Below, one piece after another: positions 1 through 13,400 of a DNA stretch of 64,000 nt; position 1 is the first letter of the stretch; each line of letters begins with the position of its first letter. The notes below the pieces were generated by a model. It searched no databases. It was given only the letters and a program-made list of their open reading frames with translations, and was not told the DNA's origin. The DNA comes from Styela clava (Eukaryota). The DNA is taken from positions 6,758,001 to 6,822,000 of the forward strand of contig NC_135259.1 of NCBI RefSeq assembly GCF_964204865.1, given 5' to 3'. The position numbers and the translations under genes were made by a program.

Positions 1-51
1 GTTAGTGTCAATAATAGTCTTAGAATCATAACTAATCACATGCTTACCAAA

Positions 52-118
52 TGCTTGGGTCGCGAGAAATTAGAAAAAAAAAATTGGGATCGCGCTAAAA
101 AGTAGTTGCGGACCCCTG
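52..118. mobile_element. Right end of hAT-like MITE (probably extends beyond window start)
   Basis: GGGTCGCG...GGGATCGCG...AAAGTAGTTGCGGACCCCTG resembles the ...ACCCCTG terminus of the TSD-bounded hAT MITE at 33705-34123. Confidence 0.45.
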
Positions 119-1465
119 TCGTAGAGGACTGTAAGAAAGCTCAGCCACGGCACGCACCGTAGTCCCAAGGAAGAACTATATCATCTTTTAAAAGCTACAG
201 CCAATTTTTTCAATGTTCTGGTTTTAATTACTTTTTCTGCTTGGATTTCAATCACTTTTAAGTCACTATCATCGAGCCACATTCTTATTTCGGCTTTCAG
301 TTAGACGTTGATTTAGGTCTATAACATTGTTGTCCACTCCCTTGAAAAACTATCATTTCAAAATTAGAAAGATGAATGCACTCGAACTTTGATAATTCGA
401 CATTCTCGAAATAAATTATATGCGAGGAAACAAAGAACTGCAAAGTAGCATTTAGTTGATTGGAAACCTTTAAAACCTTCTTGATGGACCCCCTGTTCGT
501 GGACTTTCGAAATATAAACGCTGGCAAACGAATTGTCTCACATTTTAAAGCAATTTCCTGCGGACATCTTATAAAGAATAGACCTGATTGCCTGTTCACA
601 CAAAATAATACAGACTGCAATGTTGAAATACATTGCAAATCAACAGAGAGCATTAGCTACGCTGAAAATAAGGTATTACATGCTTGTAGCGCTTCGTTTA
701 ACTAAGATAATGATTTTTATTTGATAAAAAAACATGAATTGTAAGAAATTTTCATTGTTGAAGATTTGCCGAAATGTTTTCTGAAGTCCGGTCCTCGGAA
801 GATGCCAGTTTGAAATAAGTCCATATGTGGAAAGCCAAATTCTGTGCTAAAGTGGTGAAGTTCAAGAACTATGTATTGTATCATAAACGTTGTACGGCAT
901 TAATCTGAGTAGTCGCATAGAATTCAAGGGCTACATTTCTATTTCAAGCTAGAGTGAACAATTCCAACTTTTCGACAATTTCTTTTATACCACTGGACGT
1001 TTTTTCAATAATATTGACTTGGCGGGTGATCGAAAAAACATGGCAGGCCACTTTGTGATTCGGGGACCAATGATCCGCGTCCTTGCCTTACTGATTTTCC
1101 CGTTGTACAAAATTCTTCTTGCTTAGGATCAGTATATATGTTTGTTTATTCGCCCAATAAAGTTAAGATATATATATATATATAGATACACTGACAATTA
1201 TATATGTTGGAAACGGATGTATGCACAATGCTTTATTGGTCAAAAACGAAAATGTGCGGCTCCCACACATTGTGATAACCAAAAAAATAAAATACCTAAT
1301 TCACTGTCTCTCGTGATGACAGTTAGACCACATGGCGAAGTGTTGCCAATAGTGGGTAACAATGGTGAAGTCTAGATACTTATTTTCTATGTAGTGTTTT
1401 CTGTATACATGCATTTAAGTGATTTTAATTGACAGTTTTTATAGTTGAAACAAGGAGTTTCAAAT

Positions 1466-4400
1466 TTACACGAGAATAACAGCTGCAGGATCAATCAAAT
1501 CATTATCCATACGAAGGCATACATTTTTTAAGGTCATTACTGAAGATTCAAGTCCATTTTCATTAAGAACTTCTGAGATTAATCGAAGTTGATTAGAAGT
1601 AATCTGAGGAGTTCTTGCTTTCACATAACCATTCCAACCTGCAAAATAAATCCCTATTGAGATTCAGTATTACGGGACTGAAACAAACGTCGAGCCTAAA
1701 AATACTACTCAAAATTTGAGAAACCGTTTGTTTGAAGTAATAAGACAAAATACTATTTACCTGCGTGGGATTTGAATATCACAATGAAGAAATTATCATA
1801 GTCGGTTAAAAAGAGAGTATCGTATGAAGAGAAATCCACGGATTCTGCATATAAATAATTAATGACATGTTAGCAAAGAAGACCGATCATAAATTTAACA
1901 TGTCCATGAGGATTTCTTTTGCATGATTGTAACTCCATCTGCATTAGTGAAAGCATTCGAGTTATATATAAGCTTTTCTATAATATTATTTGGTTGTCAT
2001 TATTTGTCATGCTGTTTGTGGCACTTCATCTAATCATGAGACCTGAAACGAAAAGTCAATAAATCGTTGAAAAAAAACAATGATATAGAGAGTTAGCAAA
2101 CCTTGGCGAATCGTGCTTTGCTTTTTCTCAGAACCTACAAAATTATTTAACATTTCGGCTAGACCATTCTCTGCAAAATATAAGAAAACATTTTAATTTT
2201 TGTGTCAAAATAAATACAGTAGGAGAGACTGAATTCGTCTTTATGCAATAACTCTACAGGATCCAAGCACAATAATTGAAGCAATTTGCTCATATTGACA
2301 TATCGTCACGCTAATAACCGAATTGCGTAAGTCATTTTTGGCGATTTTGAGTTTTTTATAAAATAGGTATTTATGTAATGCTGCGCACCTGTCTGTTACC
2401 TCAGATTTTATTTTAAGAATTCTGAAACCCATAAAAATGGAGATTTAGTATGACATGCACATTTGTGCAATTGTTTCGTCATAATGAATTATCATTGTTA
2501 CCGCAGTACTATTGTGACGTCACAAGGGCAAAATAACCTCGGCTAAGTATTTTTGAGTTTTTGCATCTTGGATTCTGGCTTAGTGCGTATTAGTTTGAAT
2601 TTATACTACAGTATAGGAAGACGTGCACTTGTGATATTTACTGTCCGAGTCCAATTCACCTTGGTTGGCTTTTATATTGGGTGCATTGCTGTTTTATTCT
2701 TTATATTTAATCTTAGTCTCATTTCGGTGGGTGTGCAGAACTTGTTATATTGATGAAATATATATTTTTAAACATAAAAAATAATGTAATTGAAACTGAT
2801 TAGCTATTTTGGGGATTAGACATTGTAGATAATGAGAATTACATTCGTTTTTGAAATGTTTAGTTTTCAGGACTGCTGCATATAGTAAAGTTGCAAAATT
2901 GCGTATGTCCCCAAGTCATAGACACATTTCTGCGTAAGTCACAGTGTGCCATTATGACGTCACTTAGCTGCGTCATACAAATTAACTTAAATCCGGCTAC
3001 GATCAAAAAATTGAACCATGGTAAATTATTGACTCCCAATGGCATAACAATATCATTAGGAAGTTTTTTACGTTTTTCTCAAAACTGCTAAAAATGACTT
3101 ACGCAATTCGGTTATTAGCGTGACGATATATTTAATCAAACTTTAATTCATGAACACAGTTTATAAATGAGATAATAACAGGTGTGAGAATTAAATGTAA
3201 TAATAATTTTATTTGTGTGTCAGGAGTCGCGAAACATCACAAAAATTCTTTAAGCTGTGACAACTGGTTGCATTGTATGGTTGACTGATATATTGAAAAG
3301 AATTGAATGGATATAAGGTTTTAATCTATGTATTAGTAGCCCTATGCTAGTAGACATTGTTTCTTGCACGAACATTGAGTACAACGTACCAAAAAAGCGA
3401 AGGCGGATTTTTTGTTATAAAAAATAGATCCGCATCCGCGAAGACTTTTCGAATTTTCATCCGAAAGTGAGACATAAAATTATATATCGTCAAATAAATG
3501 TTGTAAACACGGCGTATATTAAGTCAAAATCAAAGCTTTCACTGCGAGATGGACGGTTTACTTACGTTTAAAGTGGTAAATTCCTCTCTTCCGACCTCGA
3601 ATTATCTTCATCTGATGGATTGTACTTTCAATGCTGCAGATCAAAAAATGATATTCTATATGCTTTTCTACTTTCCCCAATTATACGAATTTTAAAGATG
3701 TTATACTTGGAACGGACCACTGATCCGACCAAGCGATCACTGGACTTCCTCAATATTTATGACTTAATATTGAGTTAGTGATTGTTATCGCAAATTCAAT
3801 TGAAAATCCTACAAAAATCCAGTGATATTATCGAGCCGCAGAATAACTTCAATTTGCTTTTTAGAGATTTCGTAAGAATCGTTGCGTGATAATGAAGTAA
3901 ATTATTTAATATTATATATCCTTGAACTTCTATGTGTGTATGATTGATTGATTGCACCAGTAATCTAGAACGTCACCATCAAGTGAGCGATTAACAATTT
4001 CGCGCAACAGATACAAGTCTTTTTTTAATGCCAAGAAGGTCATTTGGTCATATTCCAATGAGCATAAAACTTCTGTAAAAACGTCCCAGATTTCTTAAAC
4101 TTTTGGGGTATTATCATACACAAACATAAGTTGAAGCGCAAAAAAAATGAAATATTTTTTTACATTTTCATGAAAGTAATTAGAAAATATATGGGCTCCC
4201 TTTCATTGGACCCTGTATTCGGTGTTTATTCTTTACTTGCCTCCCGTTACTGAAGCTCTCTGCGGTTATAACGACAATGTCTCCTTCATCCGTGAAATTA
4301 TTAAACTTCCAACATCCAACAGGTTCCTGGGGGCGTGGAATGTCAATAACATCATACCATGGAGCTTTCGATTGAACCTGTGACAAAAAGTTATGTAAAA

Positions 4401-5922
4401 ATTGTATAAATACGAATAGGGGAAGGTGGGGCACTATGGGACATGGGGCACAGTGGAAAATCAGCTCTCACGCTGATACTATATCCGCAATCCTGTCCAC
4501 GGTTCGATGTTTCAATCCGTCCTTCGGTGAGTTACAATGTCCCCGCGAACGGACAACGGACGGGTAGTGCGACGCAAGCTATGAGGTGCAATTGGTTTTG
4601 GGAGGTTGAAACTAAAATTTCACCGTTCCAGTTTTTTCTTTTTTTGACTTTAGCCTTTCCAACATGACAAACCACCGTCTGATATTTTTCAGCTTTAGTC
4701 CACTGTAAAATATTGATAACGTTGACGAGTGGATGTGCCTTCCGAATTTCGCCGTGGGAAGGTCTGAAAATATTTGTTTCCTATGGGGAACAATGGACCG
4801 GGGTTCAGTGGGACATGCCCTACAGGGCACAATTCTAGAGTGTTTGATACAATAAGTGCTTAGAGAACTAGAGATGCGTTATATTTTCTGTAATAATATG
4901 GTTTCTTTCTGCCCATGGCTCAATATGAAATATATTCGAGAATCAATAATATTTCCAGATTTAGATTCGAGGAAGGAAATAATCAAATTTGTTTGCGAAA
5001 TGATTTGTCAAAATATCTGAACTATTTCAGTTGAACATTGATTTTAAAAATATTAAATCTTCAAATTTGAAGTCTCCCTGTTCTTTAGACGATTATGCTG
5101 ATTAATTGCTTATTTTTAAGGGCATACTTCGTTGAATTTCGACAGACTGACCCATCGTTCCCCAGGGTCTGTCCGAATGTGCCCCACAAGTGGGGTACAG
5201 TGGGACACTTGACAGACGTTTTTCACGGCATTTTGGTAGTAAGATGTGTGTCGCAAGGGAATTTCTTAGTCGCTGAATAAAAACTACATTTACCCCTCTA
5301 TGCATTAGTCCCGCCAACTTAAGTGAATATGCAGAATCAACGGCTCAAAATATGCAAAAGAAAAAAAAGTGTCCCAACCTTCCCCACTTTCCCCTACTAC
5401 GACAGCATGATTGGTAGAGTATACAACTCATAAAAATAGTTCATAATCTATTGCATATAATAATATGCTGTATTTCAATAAAAAATTGTTAGAATTATTC
5501 TTGGCCACAAGCAAGTACATGTCCCAAATGTTTAATATTGTAAAAAAAAGGTCATTCGTTTTTATTAAATAGGAATTTCATAAAACACTAATTTTTGGAA
5601 AAATAAAAGTATGTACAACAAATTAGAAATTATAACATATATAAAAGGAAAAAAATCAACATTGTCATTAAAAATGCTGTAAAACAATGAGCAGAATTTA
5701 GCAATAGTATAATCTGAACTTTAATAAAAAATAAAATTTTTTAATGTTTTAATTAATACATAAAATAGTAGTTTCCAACTAAATTTCAGGTTTCACCTTT
5801 TCCCAGTCGATATCAGGAATTCCAGGAGAAATAGAACTTGATGTGCAACTTGCGTTTGTCAAGGCGACTAACAAAAGCAGACTCACGAGTGATAGTTGGT
5901 TAAATTTACTTGTGCTGAACAT
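1466..5922 (-). CDS. Secreted lipocalin-like protein (apolipoprotein D-like, divergent), 6 exons
   Basis: Phase-consistent exons 5922-5797, 4377-4241, 3633-3566, 2170-2102, 1844-1761, 1638-1466 give MFSTSKFNQLSLVSLLLLVALTNASC...PGIPDIDWEK/VQSKAPWYDVIDIP...C.../...LFLTDYDNFFIVIF.../GWNGYVKARTPQ...VC...ILV*. It has a signal peptide and the three lipocalin conserved regions: D.D..K..xWY, TDYxNF and xRTP. An alternative in-frame start lies at 5964/5961. Confidence 0.75.
2303..3126. mobile_element. Non-autonomous DNA transposon (MITE) with long TIRs and TA TSD, in lipocalin intron 3
   Basis: TCGTCACGCTAATAACCGAATTGCGTAAGTCATTTT at 2303 is the exact reverse complement of AAAATGACTTACGCAATTCGGTTATTAGCGTGACGA ending at 3126. 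TA flanks both sides. No transposase ORF inside. Confidence 0.85.
4419..5394. mobile_element. Tc1/mariner-pogo-type MITE with TA TSD, in lipocalin intron 1
   Basis: TA|GGGGAAGGTGGGGCACTATGGGACA ... TGTCCCAACCTTCCCCACTTTCCCC|TA imperfect TIRs. Internal TGGGG(C/T)ACAGTGGGAC-like subterminal repeats at ~4444, ~4784-4815 and ~5191. Confidence 0.75.
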
Positions 5923-6249
5923 GCTGACAAATATGCAACCAAGGATTTTTTCTGCTAACATCACTAAGATGACTCAAGATCGACGAATTTAGTGAGCTTT
6001 AAGCAATATATGTTATGCGCTAACAAAAATTATATTGTGTTAGATAATATTTCATTTGCTATTAAATAATTAAAAATTTGGAACATGAATTCGACGCTGA
6101 CTTAACTGTATCAAAAAACTTTAAAAGGAGATATGCCTTTAAATTAGGCGGGTTAATTTCGTAGGAATCATGACTTCGCTTGATATACCTGCGCTAGTGA
6201 TGAACTATTCATGTATATATACTACTAATCATTGGTATTGCTTTTACTA

Positions 6250-6870
6250 TCTGCAAACTCTCTTCTTCAATTGTCGTGGTTACCTGTCTTGGAGGTCTAA
6301 AACTATCTCAGAATATCTGGTGCTCCAACTGAACATGGCATAAACATGAGAGTCGATATTTTCTTCAAAATATCATTATTTTAAGTTTAACAACATTGAC
6401 ATTATTGATGGAAAATGTAGTTCCCCATACCAACAAGAAATGCAATCTTTCTTGCTCCCCGTGTACTTAATTTTTTATGAAATAAAACCTTGGTTGAAGC
6501 AGGACACATAACCTTCACAAGATGTTCTCTGTAATAATATTTTGCAAAATAATATTGTCTGCGAGAACAGATCTTAAATATATAGCTATTCAGAGTCATG
6601 TTGCTCATTGTAATTTTGCAGAGCGACATCGTGCTAGTCTGGCATCGTTTTAAAAAGCAAGTGCAAATCTTTCGACATCAACCTAGGTTTTGATATGGCT
6701 TTGTACTTTAAGCCAGACGCACGATTTTTTGAATAGCCGAATATTGCACAGCAAAATTGTTTATGCTTTCAAGAATCAATTTTACATTTCCTGAGTTTTT
6801 GAATCCAAGAAGATAATTTTATCGTTCTATGCCAGCCAGATACCTATACTTTTAATCCCCTTTGGCCAAT
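6250..6870 (-). mobile_element. Possible decayed non-LTR retrotransposon (Tx1/L1-like RT C-terminal) fragment
   Basis: Stop-interrupted minus-strand translation HWPKGIKSIGIWLA*... and SWIQKLRK resembles the W..GIKYLGI.L...NW..KI motif after the RT domain. Heavily degenerate. Confidence 0.25.
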
Positions 6871-7657
6871 GCAAAAATTTAATAAGAATTCACGGGTCTT
6901 CCTGTATGAAAGTTATAGAAAGTACTGACAAAAATAAATAAATACATATAAGCGATGCAGGACAAGGTTTAACGACATGACATTGTTTTTTTTCAAATCA
7001 ATGTAATTACATGGTTTTTTTATACAGCAATTCTAAATAAATTGTATAATTGAATTTAAGATTTCAAATTTGTAACATGCTTGTATGTGGCCGATATTAT
7101 CTACAATTCTATACCAAAGATGAGAGACATTTGGTCACAAGCAGGCAGTAAAATTTTAAGATGTTATCTTCAGATTTGGATTCAAATTAGTGCGAAGTAT
7201 TTGTTCACAAAATTATTTATAGTATTAATCATTAGTTTAAAGTCAAACCTTATTAATTTATCTTTTCATTATTATACTACTTCACTCAACGAACTGGACA
7301 AATACGTAAGAAATATGCTCGAAAACTTGAAAACAGGCTATGGATGACGAAACAGCACATACTTGACATTGACAACATACCTCTTGCAGGGCATATTCTT
7401 TATTGTAGAAATAAACTATATATTTGAGCGACGGATATCTATCTATAAGCATGTGTGGGCCAACCCTTTCTCAATGTTGATTGCCGATACAAAAGGGTTC
7501 GTATATTCGGCTTAAAAAGATATGAATTGTCAATTAAATTTGGGAACTTTGAGGTCCCTCATTTGGTGATGAAACACCCAATTACTTTCAGTGAAATGTT
7601 TAAAAATTTAAATCCTAGTTTCTACGTTATATCCATCCCGGCGGGGACTAATTTTTC

Positions 7658-7696
7658 GCGGCGGCGTGGCTCAACGGGCTAAGCGTTAGGAATACG

Positions 7697-7732
<36 letters not shown>

Positions 7733-8048
7733 ATACGCTCGCTACCGCACCTCTAATCACTCTGCGTGGGTTCGCAGGTTCGAATCCCATGCAGGGATGG
7801 TTATGTGCGAGAGGATTGCTGGACTCCTCGCCGTCGTTGGGTGGTTCACGTAACCGCTGGTCGGTTACGGCTTCCTCCACCACCAAGTCCATGCTTCCGA
7901 AAACAAACAATACAGTAAAAACTAATCCCATACCCGACTTGGAATGGTAACCGAACGAGAGGCCGTGGTTCGCCATATGAATAAGCCGTCTTATCGGTTT
8001 CCTCTCCCCCGGGATAAATATGTAAATCCTATCCCATCCTATCCTATC
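7658..8048 (+). mobile_element. tRNA-derived SINE with (ATCCT)n tail
   Basis: Pol III A-box-like TGGCTCAACGGG (~7667) and B-box GGTTCGAATCC (~7777), a GC-rich body, and a 3' short-tandem tail ATCCTATCCCATCCTATCCTATC. The head is interrupted by a poly(A) insert. Confidence 0.8.
7690..7739 (+). repeat. A32 tract flanked by 9-bp direct repeat GAATACGCT
   Basis: GAATACGCT (7690-7698) + A32 (7699-7730) + GAATACGCT (7731-7739). Confidence 0.9.
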
Positions 8049-10414
8049 TTGAAAAATTAGAATTTGACTCTAGCAGCCTTCACTGCTTTGACACGCGGTT
8101 ACTATGATATATTTTCATTTGAACATTGTAACATTTCCTATGCTCCCAAAGATCAATACCAAGCTTTAAAATGCAGGCAGATACTTAACTAACATTTTTA
8201 TGTCAGTTCGATGTGGGAATATTTAAATTCAAACAGTTTTCCTTTGGTTTGTTTTTTTATTGATATGTATAGGTTCACTCAATCCATACATATCTGGAGA
8301 AAATAGCGAGATGAAGAGTTTCAACCGATCAGTGACGCCTATTGGTTGTTCTTATTCTTATACTAATCGGCTTTCTGTGAAATGCAATTAAGCCGGTTAT
8401 GGAAAGACAAGAGAGAACCAGCCTCTCAGCGACAGGGACACCCCGCGGCATTTGTGTGAAGTGTGCGCACTAAAATCTAAGATTCGAAGGTCGTGGTTTC
8501 AATTTCGATTTTATTATTGACTAATTGCCTTTAAATTATTTTAAAGGTATTCTTTACGCATTAATCATGAACGTGGGCTAATTGTTAGTTCAAAAAATAA
8601 ATTTCGTGTTGCAGATCTCACTGTATTGGCAAGAAGTTACTCTGCAAGCAAAATCTGAAAAATCTAAATTGAACAGAAAGAGATGTAGTCATGTTGCGCT
8701 TCATGATATTATGTAGAACAAATCATGCTGGCCTGACATCTCCGTTCGAAACAGCAGTACTTCTTTTAACACTGCTGGACTCTGATTTATTATTTTACTG
8801 CTTAAAGCAAATGGATGTTTTTTACTGTAGCCAAATATCGCAATGGCAACCGATCTTGTGAAATGATTCTGAATATCAATTTTACATTCCTTAAACGCTA
8901 TAATCAAAGCTCCTATACCTTCAATATTATTGGAATTTGTATTTACTTTTAGGACTCGCATGCCACAGAATGAACTTTTTCTTGTTTTTGAAATTTGCCC
9001 CTATTTTAAGCTTCGTCCTTTTTTGGATTAGTTTTAAATGATTAGTTTAATCAATTGCAAACACTTTCTTCCTAATTACTTAGATTTCTTTGTAGCTTCA
9101 CCCTCATTATCACTCCTGTAATTAAAGCAATCTGTACTAAAATTAAACGGAATCTGAAACCCGAGTTGCAATGAAATAGATTTCAATTTCTTTAAATTTA
9201 GTGTATTGTTGATGGCAGTGGCCAATGTGGTTGAAAGTACTATGGGAAGCACATTTTTACCGTCGTCCTTACTTTCAATTAATAAAGAACAAACAAAAGA
9301 GAATCGGCCCATATGTGGACCTCAGGCATATCAATTGGTTCTATAAATAAATTATACATTTATGCGATAGCAAACACTTGAGGCCGATTTTCATTAAGGA
9401 TTCCTGTGTAAAAATGTGTTTGTTATTGGATTGAAAAATTCAAACTTTTTATTGTCTTTCATTTATTGCTGTAATCACAAATGGCACTGGTAGAAAGTAA
9501 TAGCATTCAAATCAAACGTTATTTTCAAACCATACATATTAGCTGATGTAAAGTAATTTCACTAAATACATAGCATATATTTTACTTTACCACGCTTGTA
9601 CTACCACTCTTGTTTACTATATAGTACAAAATTTTCCAGACAACACATATGTTAGATCTGTTACAGTTCCATATATAAAGTGCATTTAAAGTATTTCCAC
9701 TGAAAAAAAATGACTTAAAATGACTGCCTTCAAGCGACATCGTGGAAAAGAAATACATAATAATTGCAAAAATACTGTAGGTGAATTGGCTGATCAGATT
9801 ATAAAGAACTCTCTCATCAAAATCATTACGTGAGAATTAAGGGCAGGAAATATTGAAGCGTATGATTCTGTTTCTTTTGACTCTATTGCTTCCTTTATTA
9901 CACAAGTATACGTGGATTCTAGAAAAGTTCAAGGTAGCCACTTAGGTTGCCGAGATTTCTAGCACAGCATCTCATATGTATATATATGTTTTACGCGGAT
10001 TTAGTGTAGAATTCAGGCGCTCAAACTTCTCAATTCTGTTGTTATTAGTAATTTTTTCTTGCTTCTAAGAATTGATAATGGACATTATGTAAGACCTTGA
10101 TTGGGATGAAAAAGTGATATCTAAAATGATATGTGCGAATGGAATTGCAATCGCAATACAATTCCAAAAATGTCAATGAATAAATAACAAATAATGTCAA
10201 ACGGCGATAAAAGGAATGACAACTCAAGCAAGTTTGTTAGGTCTGTCAAAAAAAGTACTAGTCCAATAAGAAGTTCACTCCAAATCTGGAAAACGTAGGA
10301 TGTGCATTTTGAAAAACAATTGAATTTTTATTAAACGACTGTAATAAAAAATTTTAAAATATTTTTATTGTTTAGTTTGTTTGGGCATTGAATATTTTCT
10401 TTAACCGAAACGAG

Positions 10415-13400
10415 ATGAATTGGGTAAAACTCATTCTAGTCGTTTTAGTACTTACTCTATCTTGTAAAAATTCGTCTGCCCAGTCTGAAGAAGATTCTCT
10501 AAGATTGGCATGGGCAGTGAGGCGCCTTGTAAGGCCAACTGACTGCAATTCCTCTTCAACGGATCTAGGGCCACCACGTAACTATTATCCAGCGAGACCC
10601 GGTAAAATTGGACCCGTTGGTCCACCTGGCTGCCCTGGTGAGGCTGGGCCGAAAGGCGAAGCAGGATCATGCGTATGTAATCGAACCGAAACAAATGATC
10701 TAAAGCAGATGATACAGAATCTTGAAGGTAATTATTTGTTTTATATTATTTGAAACTAAATATAGTTTTTAAATAAGTCAATAAATAGTTAAATGTATTG
10801 GATATCGAATCGCTGTGATCGTATTTTGGTTGTCATATTATAATCTCATGTCCCATGTATAGTTGTATTGTATTTTTTATATAAAAAAGGTATATGAGAA
10901 TACCTGCCAAACAAAAATTCGATTTTAGTTTCAGCATTTACTTAAAATTCAAATGAATTAGCTTGCCTGACCTAAAGTGGAAAGAGACAGTTTCCAGCCT
11001 TGAAAACATTATCAAACCTTCTTATCACGAATGAAAATTCAAATATATTAATACGGTGACTCTAAGATAACAGAATATTCACCACGACCCTAACCGCACG
11101 GATGTCGCCCAACTTCTACATATTTTGTTATTTCAATTATCCCGTGCTTATATATGTACTCATATTAAGTTTCACTCATGTTTTTCAGATAAAATAAGTA
11201 CTATGGAGTCTCAGATGCCGGGTGCGTAAACAAATAATTTACTATAGAAAGTAGTAGATTAAACGTGAGATAAGCTATTAATTAATATTTTTAGAAGCAT
11301 TTTGTCTGCTTGGAATGAAGAGTGGAATGATACCTGACAGTGCAATAACTGCGTCTTCTGTACATTCTGCATCCTATTGCAAGTTAGCAAATGCAAGACT
11401 AGACCATCACGGTGCTTGGTGCGCGGTTGCAAGTAAGTATTTTATTACAATCTTTCTTTAGTTTCAACTATTGCAAAAATAGAATTTGCTCGTATATTAA
11501 TAATTACTTATTATATACAATAAGTACATACTATATATGTTAAAACCTGAATTTGCAAAATCATGAAGACTAAAATTGCTTATTTGTTGCTAATACCAAC
11601 AACACGAGAAATGGCCTTCTTGAACGTTAGAAAATTGATCGTAACTTTTACAATAGCTATGTGACGCAAATGGACGAAAGTCGTCTTTATCAAGCATTTG
11701 CTTGACGAACAACCATTCAGTATTATTAAAAATAAAAAAGATATATTTCTTCCCAATTAGGTTTAGTATGTTTGGATTTGACATTTTAATTAGTGTATCG
11801 ATTTTTTGTGTTTTAAAGAATATATCAGTATAAACTAACCTCAAAACATGCTATGGGTGTATGTATACTACAGCTCGGGTTCCAAATAGCGACTGTCAAT
11901 AGAGCGACCACACGACAGCGATTAATTAGTTTAAAACAGCGACTGTCAATAGAGCGACTACACTACTGACTACACGACAGCGATTCATTTAAAACAGCGA
12001 CTGTCATAACAGCGACCTCATTTAAAACAGTGGCTGCCACAACAGCGACATCACTTCCCTTATTAAATTGAAGGCTTACGCGCACACGCACTCATTTAAT
12101 TACGTCGCTATTATGAAGTCGCCATTATGACAGTCGCTGTTTTGACAGTCGCTATCCGGCCTGGATACCGTATACTACTTCCAATGATCCTGACCGGCTT
12201 AGTTGAGATATTGTATTAATTCACATTTGAAAATAAAAATAATTATTCTAACCGCAGATACAATTGGGAGTCAGTGGGTTGAAGTAGATCTCGGCAAGAT
12301 TCAAAAAGTGACGGGAGTTGTTACGCAAGGTCAAGGAAATTATCCAAACACAAATGAATGGATTACAAGTTTCAAAATTGAGTATGCTACCAGAGAGGGA
12401 TCAAGGACAGCGTTAACAGAAAATAATAATTACAAGGTAAATAAGTTTTTACAGTATTTCAAATTCAAAAATTAGAAAAATTAGTTGAAATCAAGCTTTC
12501 CTGACCACCCAATCACACATGTCATGTCAACGGAGCCATGCCAATTTTAATGACATATCGCAGCATAAACACTAAACATGTTTACAAGTCCACTGAAACC
12601 AGTCGAGTAGACCAGAAAAGAAACTATTTCACGCTTTACTGGTTTGGGCGTTATTTCAATCTAAACCTTTTGGTCCGCTTCATTGGACCACCTATCGCGG
12701 AAGTTTTTTCGCCAAATGTAATATCGTTTCAGATACATCATAGCAAGTTCTATTTAAACCACCTCTTCTTCGCTTCCACATCTATCGTCTAACTGCTGAA
12801 CACAAATTTGAAATAACGGCCGGTGCGGCGTAATTGTCAGATAGGTGGTTCTGTTTTAAAATATAAAACTAAATCTGATTTGACAATGATTTATTTTTAT
12901 AAAACTGGGTACGGTACAAACTTTGTTGATAAACTGTATTTTGTATTACCAAAATTTTCATAAAAATTTGTAGTGAGAAAATTTGACTGTGGTTACATCA
13001 AATGTGGTTTAATCAAAGCAGAAAATGACATTGAGCGAAAAGCACATTGTGTTGAACGTTAATGCTACGTTACGTGCGAGCTTGTCTCTCAACAAGCCTC
13101 GACTTGATTTGATAATATTCAATATACCAGCTTCGCATTAATAATAAATTGCATGGGGATACATTCTCTCTTTTATCTTATATCAACATATCAGTGTGCG
13201 TCACAACAACAAAAAAAACTGGCAATAAAAGTGGATCGCGAAATGAAATAGATTGAAAAGCACTGCTTTAAATGATAAACTGTCGCTGACAGTAACTAGT
13301 AGTCTACCGTCATTTCTTGAATGAATTGTGTTGTGTAAGGTGCCAGTAATCTTCATCATTGAACTTTCAGCCTAGTCATCGAAATGATTTGACTAAAGTT

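Noticed and set aside
297-705. Overlapping ORFs at the window start
   Set aside because: No recognisable domain or consistent exon chain.
7658-7800. tRNA gene
   Set aside because: Has A/B boxes but no closable cloverleaf, and continues into a SINE body with a tandem tail.
8701-9312. Two minus-strand ORFs with a faint LRR-like look
   Set aside because: No convincing motif periodicity or joinable splice structure.
11881-12160. CRISPR-like repeat array
   Set aside because: Units are short, irregularly spaced and inverted on the right arm; eukaryotic context with no cas genes.
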